DNA of 64,000 bases, taken from contig CAVXAT010000002.1 of NCBI GenBank assembly GCA_963759805.1, positions 1 through 64,000 of the forward strand, read 5' to 3'. Position numbers and translations under genes: made by a program. Source of the stretch: an uncultured bacterium. Lineage in GTDB: Bacteria; Babelota; Babeliae; Babelales; RVW-14. Below are positions 1-9,233 of this stretch, in pieces (position 1 is the first letter of the stretch; each line of letters opens with the position of its first letter). The notes under the pieces are model-generated. The model was not told the origin of the DNA. It saw nothing but the letters and a program-made list of their open reading frames with translations, and ran no database searches.

Positions 1-46
1 AGTGATTGTGTTAAAAGTCAAAACTTTTTTTAAAAATTTTCGAAAA

Positions 47-982
47 TTAAACTTTACATAACTCGCCTCTTTTTAACAGCGAATTGGCAAGAATAATTAG
101 TTTGCGCATAACGGCAACTATGGCCACTTTGAACGGTTTTTGATTTTTTATCAAGCGATCATAAAAGGCTTTAAGAATTAGGTTATGTTTAATGGTTGTT
201 AATGCGCACATGTAAATCTGATTTCTCGGGGTCATCCGTCCTCCCCGAATTCTTCTCTTACCCTTGAATTTACCGCTTTCATTGTCATATGGACACACAC
301 CAACAAGAGCCGATATTTTATTGTTACTTATTGTTCCAAGCTCTGGAACATGTGATAAAAGAAGAGCTGCAGAGGCAATTCCAATTCCAGGTATAGATTC
401 TAAAATCTCAGCTTTTTGACCAAGTTCGCTATCGTTTTTGAGTAAGCCAGATATTTGCGTATCTACCGTCTTGATTTCTGCGGTAAAAATTTTAATCAAA
501 CGTTTAATGCTCGGTAAACTCATTGCATGTGAAGGTTGCTTTAATCTTGTTTTTTCCGCAGCCAAAAACTTGGTAAGATCGTTTTTACGATTAACGAGAG
601 CTTGCAATTTGGCTTGATTCTCAGTTTTTTCAACCGTCGAATAGCCACGCGTATTTTTAGAACAAAATTCAGCAATTTTTCGTGCATCAATTTTATCGTT
701 TTTGCTTTTGCATCCAGTTGAAACAATAAAACCCCTTATTCGCCTCGGATCAATAATCCAAAGGTTGTAGCCATTCTTTTTTAGCAGCGTTGCAAGCAGC
801 TTTTCATATCCTCCTGTTGCTTCACATGCTATTTGTGCAATATCTTGCTGGGCTATTTTTTTAATGAAACCCTGTATCGCAGCTTCTGTGTTGTCTATTT
901 TTAAGAGTGTTTTTTCAGGATAAATGCAAATATCTAAGCTGTTTTTAGAAATATCGACGCCTACATATATATTTGATACCAT
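47..982 (-). CDS. IS110 family transposase/recombinase
   Basis: RuvC-like DEDD motifs VGVDISK, CEATGGYE, KNDKIDA; C-terminal SIPGIG and ESGKFKG (catalytic Ser region). ATG at 982 with SD GAGGT is preferred over the ORF-track start at 1024. Confidence 0.95.
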   Translation of the reverse strand: MVSNIYVGVDISKNSLDICIYPEKTLLKIDNTEAAIQGFIKKIAQQDIAQIACEATGGYEKLLATLLKKNGYNLWIIDPRRIRGFIVSTGCKSKNDKIDARKIAEFCSKNTRGYSTVEKTENQAKLQALVNRKNDLTKFLAAEKTRLKQPSHAMSLPSIKRLIKIFTAEIKTVDTQISGLLKNDSELGQKAEILESIPGIGIASAALLLSHVPELGTISNNKISALVGVCPYDNESGKFKGKRRIRGGRMTPRNQIYMCALTTIKHNLILKAFYDRLIKNQKPFKVAIVAVMRKLIILANSLLKRGELCKV

Positions 983-984
983 AA

Positions 985-1195
985 CGATTACCTCTGGCTT
1001 GTAAACATGCGAGATCGTACCCAATACGTCTCAAGTGATTGTTCGAGGTTGTTTAATGTAAGTTGATAGTCTCAAACTATGGCACGATCCCTTATGATCA
1101 GCTCGAGCACGAGATCTATCAACTTCCTTGAACAATCGATATTAAAAAAAATAACTCTGGAATAAAGTTAATAAAATTCTTATTTATTTAATAGA
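985..1195 (-). ncRNA. IS110 bridge RNA (target-binding and donor-binding loops)
   Basis: Target loop: stem 1060-1069/1116-1125, inner hairpin 1086-1099, guides at 1100-1108 and 1077-1083. Donor loop: stem 990-994/1045-1049, inner hairpin 1011-1032. Guide ACAATCACTTG (1042-1032) is identical to the predicted circle junction, and TACAAG (1003-998) is complementary to the left end. Exact RNA ends are inferred. Confidence 0.85.
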
Positions 1196-1210
1196 TTTCT
1201 AACATACAAG

Positions 1211-1238
1211 CTTTAGCGACGGCTGGGATCCATGGATT
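1211..1238. repeat. Half of a palindromic repeat interrupted by IS110
   Basis: CTTTAGCGACGGC followed by TGGGATCCATGGATT. The GGATCCATGGAT tail is shared with the REPs at 30246-30279 and 54546-54579. Confidence 0.7.
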
Positions 1239-2287
1239 AGTTGCTCCTATTGCCAAATTGCAGAAATTTGGAATAAATTTATCCATTATATTTTTAAGCA
1301 TTTTTTTGCAGAAAAATTTGCACGTCAGGATCTGTAAATGGGGAACCCCGACGAACAGGTCTATGTGCTGACGAATACGAATGAAAAATGAGAAAGACAT
1401 CCCTGAGAAAAATGCTCAAATATTAAAGAATCATTTAAACAACTCGATTTGAGCAATTCTTTTTCTGGCAGAAAGCTGAGATGTCAGAAAAAGTTGTCTC
1501 TATCATTCTTTGAATTGCCTCATGGCTATTGTATGCATTATGCGGCGTCAAAATGACATTGTCGAATTTTAATAACGAGAAGGCTTCAATTGCCTGTTTT
1601 AGATTTTCTGCCGTTGGAACTTCTTCCTTATCTAAAATATACTCTTGATGAATCCAAATATCTCCCCCTTCAAATGTATCCATTGCCACCCCTCCAAATA
1701 TACCATCTTTAAGCCCTTTGCGAATTGCTGAGATGTTGACAATTGGCCCACGGGATACGTTTATAAACAAGACGCCTTTTTTTAATAATCTTAAGGTATC
1801 AAAATCAATAAGATGATGCGTCTCTTTGGTATATGGAAGATGAATAGAGATAACATCTGAAAGTTTAAGCAGCTCTTCTAAAGATTTATATTCTAACTTA
1901 CATTCTGGGAGTACTGCAGGTTTGGGTGATATGTCATGACAAATGATATTCATGTCAAAACCATTTGCCATTTTAGCAAGTTTGCAGCCTATTTTCCCTG
2001 TTCCAATAATACCAATGGTTTTGCCTGCCAAATCATGCCCTCGTGTTGTTTTCTGATCAAAGGTCCCATGCAAACTTTGTGCAAATGTTACACCTAATCT
2101 TCTGGAAAGCATTAAAATTAATGCCATCGCATACTCAGCAACAGTCTCTTCTGCATAAGAAGGTAAATAAATAACAGCAATGCTATTTTTTTTGGCAAAA
2201 TTTATATCAATACGATCAAGTCCGGTAGCACGTGCGTTTATAAGTTTCAAATTTGGCAAAGCCTGCATAATTGATTGATCTACCCTT

Positions 2288-3357
2288 GGAAAGTTCTAAA
2301 ATGAAGTGCGACACCTTTCTGGTATACTCCAGAAAACTTGTAACAAAAGGTGTCGCTATGAAAGAATACACGCATTTGAAATTGGATGAAAGAAAAAAGT
2401 TGTACGTGAAGAAAAAAGAAGGCATGCCCATGGCTGAAATAGCTAGGGAGCTAAAAAGGGATAAATCATCGCTTTACAGAGAATTGGCCCGCAATACGGC
2501 AGATTCTGTTGTTGGCTATCTTCCGGACGAGGCTAACAACCTGGCCGAAGAGCGCAAGGCAATGCCCATCCCAAAGCTTGATAGGCAGCCAGAAGCCAAA
2601 GCTGTTGTAATTGAGCAATTGAAGGATGGTTGGTCGCCGGAGGTTATTGCTGGAAGAGGGAAACTTGAAGACTTCCCCTTTTAGGATATCCCATGAGGCT
2701 ATCTACCAATTTATATATGGCAACGAAGGGCAGAAGCTTGGATTGTACAAGTTTTTGCTACGAGCAAGGCCAAAACGTGGATTGGTTCACGGACGTAAGG
2801 CCCAAAAAGCTAAAATACCTGACAGGATATCCATCCACGATCGTCCAGTACATATCGCAACTCGAGATGAGTTTGGACATTACGAAGGCGATTTGACATT
2901 TTTTACCAACAATCAGTCCATGAATCTTGGGGTTATTGTAGAGCGAAAAACGCGAATGCTAACTCTTATTAAGAATGAATCAAAGCATGCTGCTATTGTT
3001 ATGAAGGGCATGTTTAACAAGTTGGTGAGTTGCCAAATTTTGCACGCAAATCCATAACCTTTGACAATGGTCTTGAATTTGTAAAACATACCGTACTCAA
3101 ACGATTTATGGGCATGGATACATATTTTTGCGATAAACACTCGCCTTGGCAAAAGGGCCAGGTTGAGCAAACGAATTCGATGTTGCATCGATATTTACCA
3201 AAAAACTCTAATTTGAAGGAGGTGACGCACGAGCAAATTAAATTTATAGAACACAAATTTAATAGTAGGCCCAGAAAGTGCCTGGGGTTTAGAACTCCGG
3301 CTGAGGCTTTTAGTGAACAATTATCAAAGTTTGTTGCACTTCAAACTTGACTTTACC
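2288..3357 (+). mobile_element. IS30 family insertion sequence
   Basis: Imperfect 26-bp IRs (GGAAAGTTCTAAAATGAAGTGCGACA / TGTTGCACTTCAAACTTGACTTTACC); 3-bp target duplication CTT (2285-2287, 3358-3360). Confidence 0.9.
2358..3350 (+). pseudogene. IS30 transposase with two compensating frameshifts (~2680, ~3030)
   Basis: HTH (SSLYRELARN), WSPEVIAG, HEAIYQFIY, GHYEGD, TFDNGLEF and WQKGQVEQTN are spread over three frames. Both shifts are at homopolymers, so they may be sequencing errors. Confidence 0.85.
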
Positions 3358-3442
3358 CTTGAAAGAAAGATAGAAAGTATTTCAACATCTTTTATCTGCG
3401 CAATACAGGTTGCATCAAATGGGGCAGTTGATGCTTTAATTA

Positions 3443-4466
3443 ACCTGAGTTCGACGTTATAAAAAGTTAAGCATGGGCTGGTAAATTAAGCATAAACTTG
3501 CTTCGAAGTGATGGCTTTTTTGGCAAGAAACAATATGCAACAAGTCCGGCAATAAGATTGACAACAAAGTTTGTTGGGCTGCGATGTCGAGAGTGCTCTA
3601 TTTGACAGGTTTCTTTGAGTATACAGTTGACTGATTCTATGATTCCACGCTTACTAAGGCCAAGTCTATCTTCCATTTCCATGATTTGAATTTTCATTTT
3701 TTTCTTCAATTTTGTAATGAGTTTTATGCCTTTTGCAAAAAGCGCGTCAAAGAGCTTCTTTGAAATATATCCTCGATCTCCCCAAAGCTTTCCGAAGCAC
3801 TTTCGGGCAAGGTTGGTTACTACAGATGCGTTGTTGTCGGCAACATTACCAGGTGTGAGCATGAAAGATACTATCTCTCCGCACTCATTGATAATCAGAT
3901 GAAGTTTAAATCCATAAAACCATCCAGTAGACGTTTTTCCGCGTGCAGCAATTCCAGAAAACACCTTGTTTCTGTTGATTCGCAAATTATGACATACCTG
4001 AAGCTTTGTTGAATCGATAAATCCAAAGCCTGTACATTTGTTTTTACAACACAAATTCATAAAAATTGTTAACGGCACAAGAGCCTGCGGAACCAGCTCT
4101 ATAAAGCGATTATAGCTGACGATCCCGTCGAATGCGCCCTTCAAATCGCCACATTCTTTATAATATTTTTTAAAAGTACGATATCCAGAGTGATGAAAAT
4201 AAATGAGTATCGTCAGAATGTCACTGAGAGACATTCTTTTCTGTTCTCTTTTTACCAATGCCGATAAATCTGCAGAAATTGAATGTGCATCTAGATGTGT
4301 TTTAAAATCTTTACAAAAATTGTCTACGTCATAAAAAATTTGAGTTAAAATCATTTTACTTCCCTTTTTGAAATCCTTTTTTAGATTGGTTTTAACATTC
4401 TAAATCTATAGAGGATTTGCTTTAAGGGAAGTCCTTTTCAAAGAATTTTAATTGTCGAACTCAGGT
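3443..4466 (-). mobile_element. IS982 family insertion sequence
   Basis: Perfect 13-bp IR ACCTGAGTTCGAC / GTCGAACTCAGGT; flanking direct repeat TAATTA (3437-3442, 4467-4472). Confidence 0.9.
3467..4354 (-). CDS. IS982 family DDE transposase
   Basis: SYNRFIEL, FIDST, GWFYGFKLH, GDRGY, IIESV and IEHSRHRS motifs. Confidence 0.93.
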   Translation of the reverse strand: MILTQIFYDVDNFCKDFKTHLDAHSISADLSALVKREQKRMSLSDILTILIYFHHSGYRTFKKYYKECGDLKGAFDGIVSYNRFIELVPQALVPLTIFMNLCCKNKCTGFGFIDSTKLQVCHNLRINRNKVFSGIAARGKTSTGWFYGFKLHLIINECGEIVSFMLTPGNVADNNASVVTNLARKCFGKLWGDRGYISKKLFDALFAKGIKLITKLKKKMKIQIMEMEDRLGLSKRGIIESVNCILKETCQIEHSRHRSPTNFVVNLIAGLVAYCFLPKKPSLRSKFMLNLPAHA

Positions 4467-4488
4467 TAATTAACCACCTGTCCCTAAA

Positions 4489-5184
4489 TTAATTATTTTT
4501 ATATTCGACAACTTGCACAACAACATCCTGACGAACAACAGGCTGCGCGGGGGGATGTTGCACGCCAATATTCTGGGTAGGCACCTGCGGTTTGATCGCT
4601 TGCGGCATAGACACTTGCGGCGTGGCAACTTGCGGGGTAACTGTCACAGTTTGATTTGGCTCAGCCCGAATAACTGTTGTAGTTGTAGTCGCAGTTGAAG
4701 TAGATTCAATATCATGAGATTTGTCCTCAGGAGTTTCCATTCTGGACGAAGAACCGGTCCATGAATTATCAAGCGAATTATCAAGCCATGACTGGCGAAA
4801 TTTCATATTTTCTTTTTCAAGATTCTGTACGTCTTGTTCAAGCCTCTGATTCTCTTTTTCAAGTTTCTGAATTTGTGAAATTCCTTTTTGTTCGGCTAGT
4901 TTGGCAAATTCAACATGCTGCTTTAACCCATTCAGCTCTTGCGCCATTTTTGCCATATTTTCTTCAAGCTGTTTTATGCTAAGATCAACACTGTAAAAAG
5001 ATCCCGCATCAACGCTACTGTTGATTTTATTCACATCCAAATACTCTTTTTCATCTTTTGACACAGATTCACTTGGGGCTATTTCTTGTGGATAAAGATC
5101 AATTTGTAAGAAAAAAATATTTAAAATCCCCAAAATAAAAATACGCGGCAAGCGCAGCGTTCGATTATCTGTAAGATCAACCAT
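4489..5184 (-). CDS. Hypothetical exported coiled-coil protein with Thr/Pro/Gln-rich tail
   Basis: N-terminal hydrophobic segment, heptad-rich middle, PQV repeats. ATG at 5184 with an SD-like AAGGGA is preferred; the ORF is open to 5298. Confidence 0.6.
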   Translation of the reverse strand: MVDLTDNRTLRLPRIFILGILNIFFLQIDLYPQEIAPSESVSKDEKEYLDVNKINSSVDAGSFYSVDLSIKQLEENMAKMAQELNGLKQHVEFAKLAEQKGISQIQKLEKENQRLEQDVQNLEKENMKFRQSWLDNSLDNSWTGSSSRMETPEDKSHDIESTSTATTTTTVIRAEPNQTVTVTPQVATPQVSMPQAIKPQVPTQNIGVQHPPAQPVVRQDVVVQVVEYKNN

Positions 5185-5320
5185 GAACTTGTCCCTTTCA
5201 AAATAAGAAAAAATATTAGCAAAACCCATTAGATTGCTATCTGGATTATATAATTTATTCGTTTTATCAAACAGATCAAGAGATTTATTTTGTTTCAAGC
5301 TTTCAGCTCAATCTTCCAGT

Positions 5321-5752
5321 TCAGTCTTCCCTGTTTTTCATGCTACGAATTTTTTTAATCAAACTTCGATGTGTTTTTTCACGAAATCGAGACTCTTTTG
5401 TTGCTTTTGATACACGTGTTGCCATCCGTTTTTTCGGAACATAAAGAGCGTTACGAACCTCTTGAGCAAGCCGGATTAGCGCCATCTCTTTATTCTGTTG
5501 CTGACTACGCGATTCACTACTGTGAATAATCAAATCGCCATCAGTAGTCAAACGTGATTTTAGATTTTCCAAGAGGCGGTTTTTTTGCTCTTCATTCAGT
5601 GCACTTGTTGTTTGGACATTCCAACGAACCGTTATCCGCGTATCTGTTTTATTAACATGTTGCCCGCCAGCACCACTAGATCTGCTGGCAACTAAGTCAA
5701 TCTCATAACCCGGAATGGTGATACCGTTTTTAATGTGTAAATCGTTCTTCAT
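5321..5752 (-). CDS. arfB: Alternative ribosome rescue peptidyl-tRNA hydrolase ArfB
   Basis: SRSSGAGGQHVNK motif, RSQQQNK, basic C-terminal tail. Confidence 0.93.
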   Translation of the reverse strand: MKNDLHIKNGITIPGYEIDLVASRSSGAGGQHVNKTDTRITVRWNVQTTSALNEEQKNRLLENLKSRLTTDGDLIIHSSESRSQQQNKEMALIRLAQEVRNALYVPKKRMATRVSKATKESRFREKTHRSLIKKIRSMKNRED

Positions 5753-5780
5753 TTGCTACAAACCCCTTTCTATAAAATAA

Positions 5781-5815
5781 AAAAAGCACCTACTATAAAA
5801 TAATAGATGCTTTTT
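5781..5815. terminator. Intrinsic terminator after rplQ
   Basis: AAAAAGCACCTACTA...TAATAGATGCTTTTT hairpin flanked by A/T runs. Confidence 0.6.
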
Positions 5816-5845
5816 AGTTTTTTAAATAAATTTAATTAACTTAAA

Positions 5846-6202
5846 TTAAACCCATTCAAGTCGTGCAACTTTTGCCGTGTCGCTTTCACGTTGGCCGAGG
5901 GGGATGACTCGTGTGTACCCACCAGGTCTGCCAACATACCTAGGCGCAATTTCCTTGATCATTTTCATAACAGCTTTGTCACTGTATGGCAAAAGAGATT
6001 TAATTCTACGAATAGTATTAAAATCTGATCCTTTAGCTGCAATTGTGACAATTTTTTCAGCGAGTTTTTGTACTTCTTTTACTTTAGTTTTTGTAGTTTG
6101 AAGCACACCATACTCAATAAAGTGAATCACTTGATTGCGAAGCAACGCTTTTCTGTGCCCTGATTTTAGATTTAATTTTTTTCTACCAAACTGATGATTC
6201 AT
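5846..6202 (-). CDS. rplQ: 50S ribosomal protein L17
   Basis: HRKALLRN, RPGGYTR; position in the alpha operon. Confidence 0.97.
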   Translation of the reverse strand: MNHQFGRKKLNLKSGHRKALLRNQVIHFIEYGVLQTTKTKVKEVQKLAEKIVTIAAKGSDFNTIRRIKSLLPYSDKAVMKMIKEIAPRYVGRPGGYTRVIPLGQRESDTAKVARLEWV

Positions 6203-6204
6203 GA

Positions 6205-7248
6205 TTATTCACCACTTTCTTGATCTTTAAGAGCTTTTTTAAGATCCAATTCTTTAACATTCATTCCCAAGTGCAACCCAAATGCCAACAGAATTTCCTT
6301 AACCTCGCGCAAAGACTTGCGACCAAAATTCTTTATCTTGAGCACATCGTCTTCTGTCAGATTAACTAAATCAATAACACGCTTAATTCCGGCTCCAACA
6401 AGACAGTTGTGTGCCCGAACCGAAAACTCTAATTCATCGATAGGTTTTAGGAACAAGTCTACTGGTAATCCTTTGGTTGGTCCTTCCAAATCAAATTTGC
6501 CTTCGGCCTTACCTTCTTGTCCGATTTCTTTTGAAATCTCATTGAATGGAATTTCCGTTGCCTGTAAGAAATGTTCAAGCTGTGTCCTCAAAACGGATGT
6601 TGCGTAATGAATAACATCTTGAGGCTTTGCAGCTCCGTTTGTCTGTAAACAGAAAATTAATTTGTCATAATCGATTCTTTGTCCCACACGAGTCTTTTCT
6701 ATATTATACTCAACTCGTTTGACGGGCGAGAACATTGCGTCCAAATAAATTCTATTGTCATCCTGAAGTGATTTTCCCGCAGGCCACTGTGCTGCAAGAT
6801 ACCCTCTACCAGTTTCAACAAAAAATTCTATTTCAAGTTCCCCATCCGGAGCCAAATGTGCAATAACATGTTCTTTATTGATCAACTCAAGGTGTGCGTC
6901 AGCTGTGATATCAGCAACTTTGGCAACACCGGCACCCTTAACCGAAAGGTGCATCTTACCTGGTTCGCCTGTAGAATTTTTAATCGCAACCTGTTTTATA
7001 TTCAACACCAACTGCAATGTATCTTCAATAACACCTTTTACCGTTGAAAATTCATTATTAACACCTTTTATGATAACAGATGTTACAGCAGAACCTTCGA
7101 CAGAAGAAAGCATAACCCTTCTCAATGCATTGCCAAGAGTAGTACCATACCCCGGTTCCAATGGCTGAGCAATCAACTCACCATATGTCTCAGAAGATAC
7201 CTGTTTGTTCCAGCTCAACTTAGGCAGTATCAATGGCTTATAATTCAT
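6205..7248 (-). CDS. rpoA: RNA polymerase alpha subunit
   Basis: PLEPGYGTTLGNALRR, LEFSVRAHNCL, NFGRKSL. Confidence 0.97.
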   Translation of the reverse strand: MNYKPLILPKLSWNKQVSSETYGELIAQPLEPGYGTTLGNALRRVMLSSVEGSAVTSVIIKGVNNEFSTVKGVIEDTLQLVLNIKQVAIKNSTGEPGKMHLSVKGAGVAKVADITADAHLELINKEHVIAHLAPDGELEIEFFVETGRGYLAAQWPAGKSLQDDNRIYLDAMFSPVKRVEYNIEKTRVGQRIDYDKLIFCLQTNGAAKPQDVIHYATSVLRTQLEHFLQATEIPFNEISKEIGQEGKAEGKFDLEGPTKGLPVDLFLKPIDELEFSVRAHNCLVGAGIKRVIDLVNLTEDDVLKIKNFGRKSLREVKEILLAFGLHLGMNVKELDLKKALKDQESGE

Positions 7249-7300
7249 TTGGAGCAATCCCTTTTTAAAAACCAACTACAAACTCATAACCTCAAATTCT

Positions 7301-7936
7301 TTACTTAGAATACAACTCAACAATTAAGTGCTCTTGAATTGGAGCGGTAACATCGGAACGAATTGGCAACCTTGCAACTGTTCCCTGTCGGTCTTTCTTG
7401 TTAAGCTCCAACCACTCTGGAACCTTTACTCCCATGCCCATTCTCTTATCAATTACAGTTTCAATAAAATTTGAATTTTTTAAAGTTGAACCGGTAAGAG
7501 AGATAACATCACCCTCTTTAACCAAAAAGGATGGCGATATCACACGCTTACCGTTAACATTTATATGTCCGTGGACAACCAACTGTCGAGATTGGACTCT
7601 TGAAATAGCCATCTTCAAACGATAAACAACATTATCAATACGACGCTCTAAAAGACTCAAAAGGCTCTCGCCGGTAACGCCTGTAGAACGAACAGCGATA
7701 TCGAAAAACCTCTTGAATTGAGCTTCTCTTAAACCATACATCAATCTAACTTTTTGTTTTTCTTGAAGCTGTTTTCCATATTCGGAAAGCTTCTTCGTGC
7801 CAACACGTTTTGCGTGTTGACCAGGTCCTGTGGGACGCTTCTCAAGCGTACACTTTGCAGTGCGACACTTTGCTCCCTTCAGATACAATTTTTCACCAGC
7901 TTGTCTGCAGCGGCTGCATTTTACAAATTCAGACAT
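7301..7936 (-). CDS. rpsD: 30S ribosomal protein S4 (Cys-rich, Zn-binding type)
   Basis: CxxC N-terminus, LERRIDNVVYR, IVELYSK. Confidence 0.97.
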   Translation of the reverse strand: MSEFVKCSRCRQAGEKLYLKGAKCRTAKCTLEKRPTGPGQHAKRVGTKKLSEYGKQLQEKQKVRLMYGLREAQFKRFFDIAVRSTGVTGESLLSLLERRIDNVVYRLKMAISRVQSRQLVVHGHINVNGKRVISPSFLVKEGDVISLTGSTLKNSNFIETVIDKRMGMGVKVPEWLELNKKDRQGTVARLPIRSDVTAPIQEHLIVELYSK

Positions 7937-7979
7937 GTTAACCTTTTTATATTATAAATCGCAAGTAATCAACATTAAA

Positions 7980-8363
7980 CTATACACGTCGTTTCTTAGG
8001 AGCTCGGCATCCATTGTGAGGAATTGGAGTAACATCTCTTAACATAGAGATGTTCAACCCGGAAGACTGAAGCGCTCTTACAACGCAATCACGTCCAGAC
8101 CCTGGTCCCTGAAGGTTGACCTCAACAATTCTTACACCCAGCCCAAGCAATTCTTTTGCTATCTTAGTTCCAATTTGAGTTGCTGCGTATGGAGTACCTT
8201 TTCTTGCGCCTTTAAATCCAAGCTGTCCAGAACTACCACGAACAAGCACATCACCATCAACCGTTGTTACAGCAACCATGGTGTTGTTAAAACTTGATTT
8301 TACGTGTGCAACCACTGACTCGATATTCTTATGTTGCTTTTTTTTACTCTTTTTATATGCCAT
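7980..8363 (-). CDS. rpsK: 30S ribosomal protein S11
   Basis: SFNNT, DVTPIPHNGCR. Confidence 0.97.
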   Translation of the reverse strand: MAYKKSKKKQHKNIESVVAHVKSSFNNTMVAVTTVDGDVLVRGSSGQLGFKGARKGTPYAATQIGTKIAKELLGLGVRIVEVNLQGPGSGRDCVVRALQSSGLNISMLRDVTPIPHNGCRAPKKRRV

Positions 8364-8385
8364 CTTTACCCTTGCCTTATATCAA

Positions 8386-8775
8386 TTATTTCTTAGCCAG
8401 AATCTTTTTGTTTGGCACGACATTTGCAGGTTTTCTTGGTCCCTTACGAGTACGAGCGTTTGTTTTTGTACGCTGTCCTCTGACGGGCAAGCTCTTCTTA
8501 TGACGAAGCCCTCTGTAGGAACCAATCTCTTGAAGTCGCTTGATATTCATTGTAATCTCTTTTCTCAACTCGCCTTCAATCTTGAAAAATTGAGTTATAT
8601 ACTTCTGAATAGCTGCAACTTGTTCATGAGTCAAGTCCTTGATTCTTACATCCGGACTTACTTTTATATCTGCCAAAATTTGTCGTGCTCTAGGTAACCC
8701 TATACCAAACAGGTAGGTTAACCCTATTTCAACACGTTTTTCGTTAGGTAAAACAACACCTTCTATTCGAGCCAT
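8386..8775 (-). CDS. rpsM: 30S ribosomal protein S13
   Basis: [24 protein letters not shown]. Confidence 0.97.
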   Translation of the reverse strand: MARIEGVVLPNEKRVEIGLTYLFGIGLPRARQILADIKVSPDVRIKDLTHEQVAAIQKYITQFFKIEGELRKEITMNIKRLQEIGSYRGLRHKKSLPVRGQRTKTNARTRKGPRKPANVVPNKKILAKK

Positions 8776-8812
8776 TAAAATTTACCTCTCAGAATAAACC
8801 TAAATTAATTTT

Positions 8813-8926
8813 TTAACCTTGTCGCTGTTTGTGCTTTGCAATTTTGCAAATTATACGCACAACGCCATTACGTTTAATAACCTTACAATTCGAACAAATT
8901 TTCTTAACGGATGTTCTTACTTTCAT
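8813..8926 (-). CDS. rpmJ: 50S ribosomal protein L36 (below the ORF-track cutoff)
   Basis: Hand translation gives [37 protein letters not shown]. Confidence 0.95.
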   Translation of the reverse strand: MKVRTSVKKICSNCKVIKRNGVVRIICKIAKHKQRQG

Positions 8927-8987
8927 TGCATTTTCCCAAAACTTACTTTGAAACCTAAAAATTCACTCTATTCTTAATTACTTACAA

Positions 8988-9212
8988 TTACTTACAGCGG
9001 GAAACTATTCTACCCTTCATCAAATCGTAAGGAGACAATTCGACTACAACCCGATCACCAGGTAAAAGCTTAATGTAATGCATACGCATCTTTCCGGACA
9101 CATGTGCAAGGACCATATGGTCCCCACCGCTTAATTTGACCTGGAACATCGCGTTAGGTAAGGCCTTTTCAACCACACCTTCCATTACAATAACATCTTC
9201 TTTCTTTGCCAT
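8988..9212 (-). CDS. infA: Translation initiation factor IF-1
   Basis: LPNAMF, SGKMR, LSPYDL. Confidence 0.97.
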   Translation of the reverse strand: MAKKEDVIVMEGVVEKALPNAMFQVKLSGGDHMVLAHVSGKMRMHYIKLLPGDRVVVELSPYDLMKGRIVSRCK

Positions 9213-9233
9213 ATGAATCCGTTTCCCAAATCT

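Larger units (their letters stand above)
1..1210 (-). mobile_element. IS110 family element (IS621-like), apparently complete
   Basis: On the - strand it begins CTTGTATGTT (1210-1201) and ends TTGACTTTTAACACAATCACT (to position 1), with the CT core at both ends. No terminal IRs or TSD. It contains a DEDD transposase preceded by a ~225-nt non-coding left end. Confidence 0.92.
1435..3442 (-). pseudogene. D-isomer-specific 2-hydroxyacid (D-lactate-like) dehydrogenase, split by IS30 and bounded by IS982
   Basis: GIIGTGKIG, NVSRG and TPHNAY motifs. Removing IS30 joins ...IKDVEILSIFLS-RVDQSIMQALPNLK in frame. No start codon is found beyond IS982. Confidence 0.88.

Noticed and set aside
1315..1400. 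Hammerhead ribozyme (CTGACGA...GAAA)
   Set aside because: Stems II and III would have only about 2 bp each.
1188..1400. 70-aa ORF running into the IS110 left end
   Set aside because: It crosses a repeat remnant and the IS boundary, so it is likely spurious.
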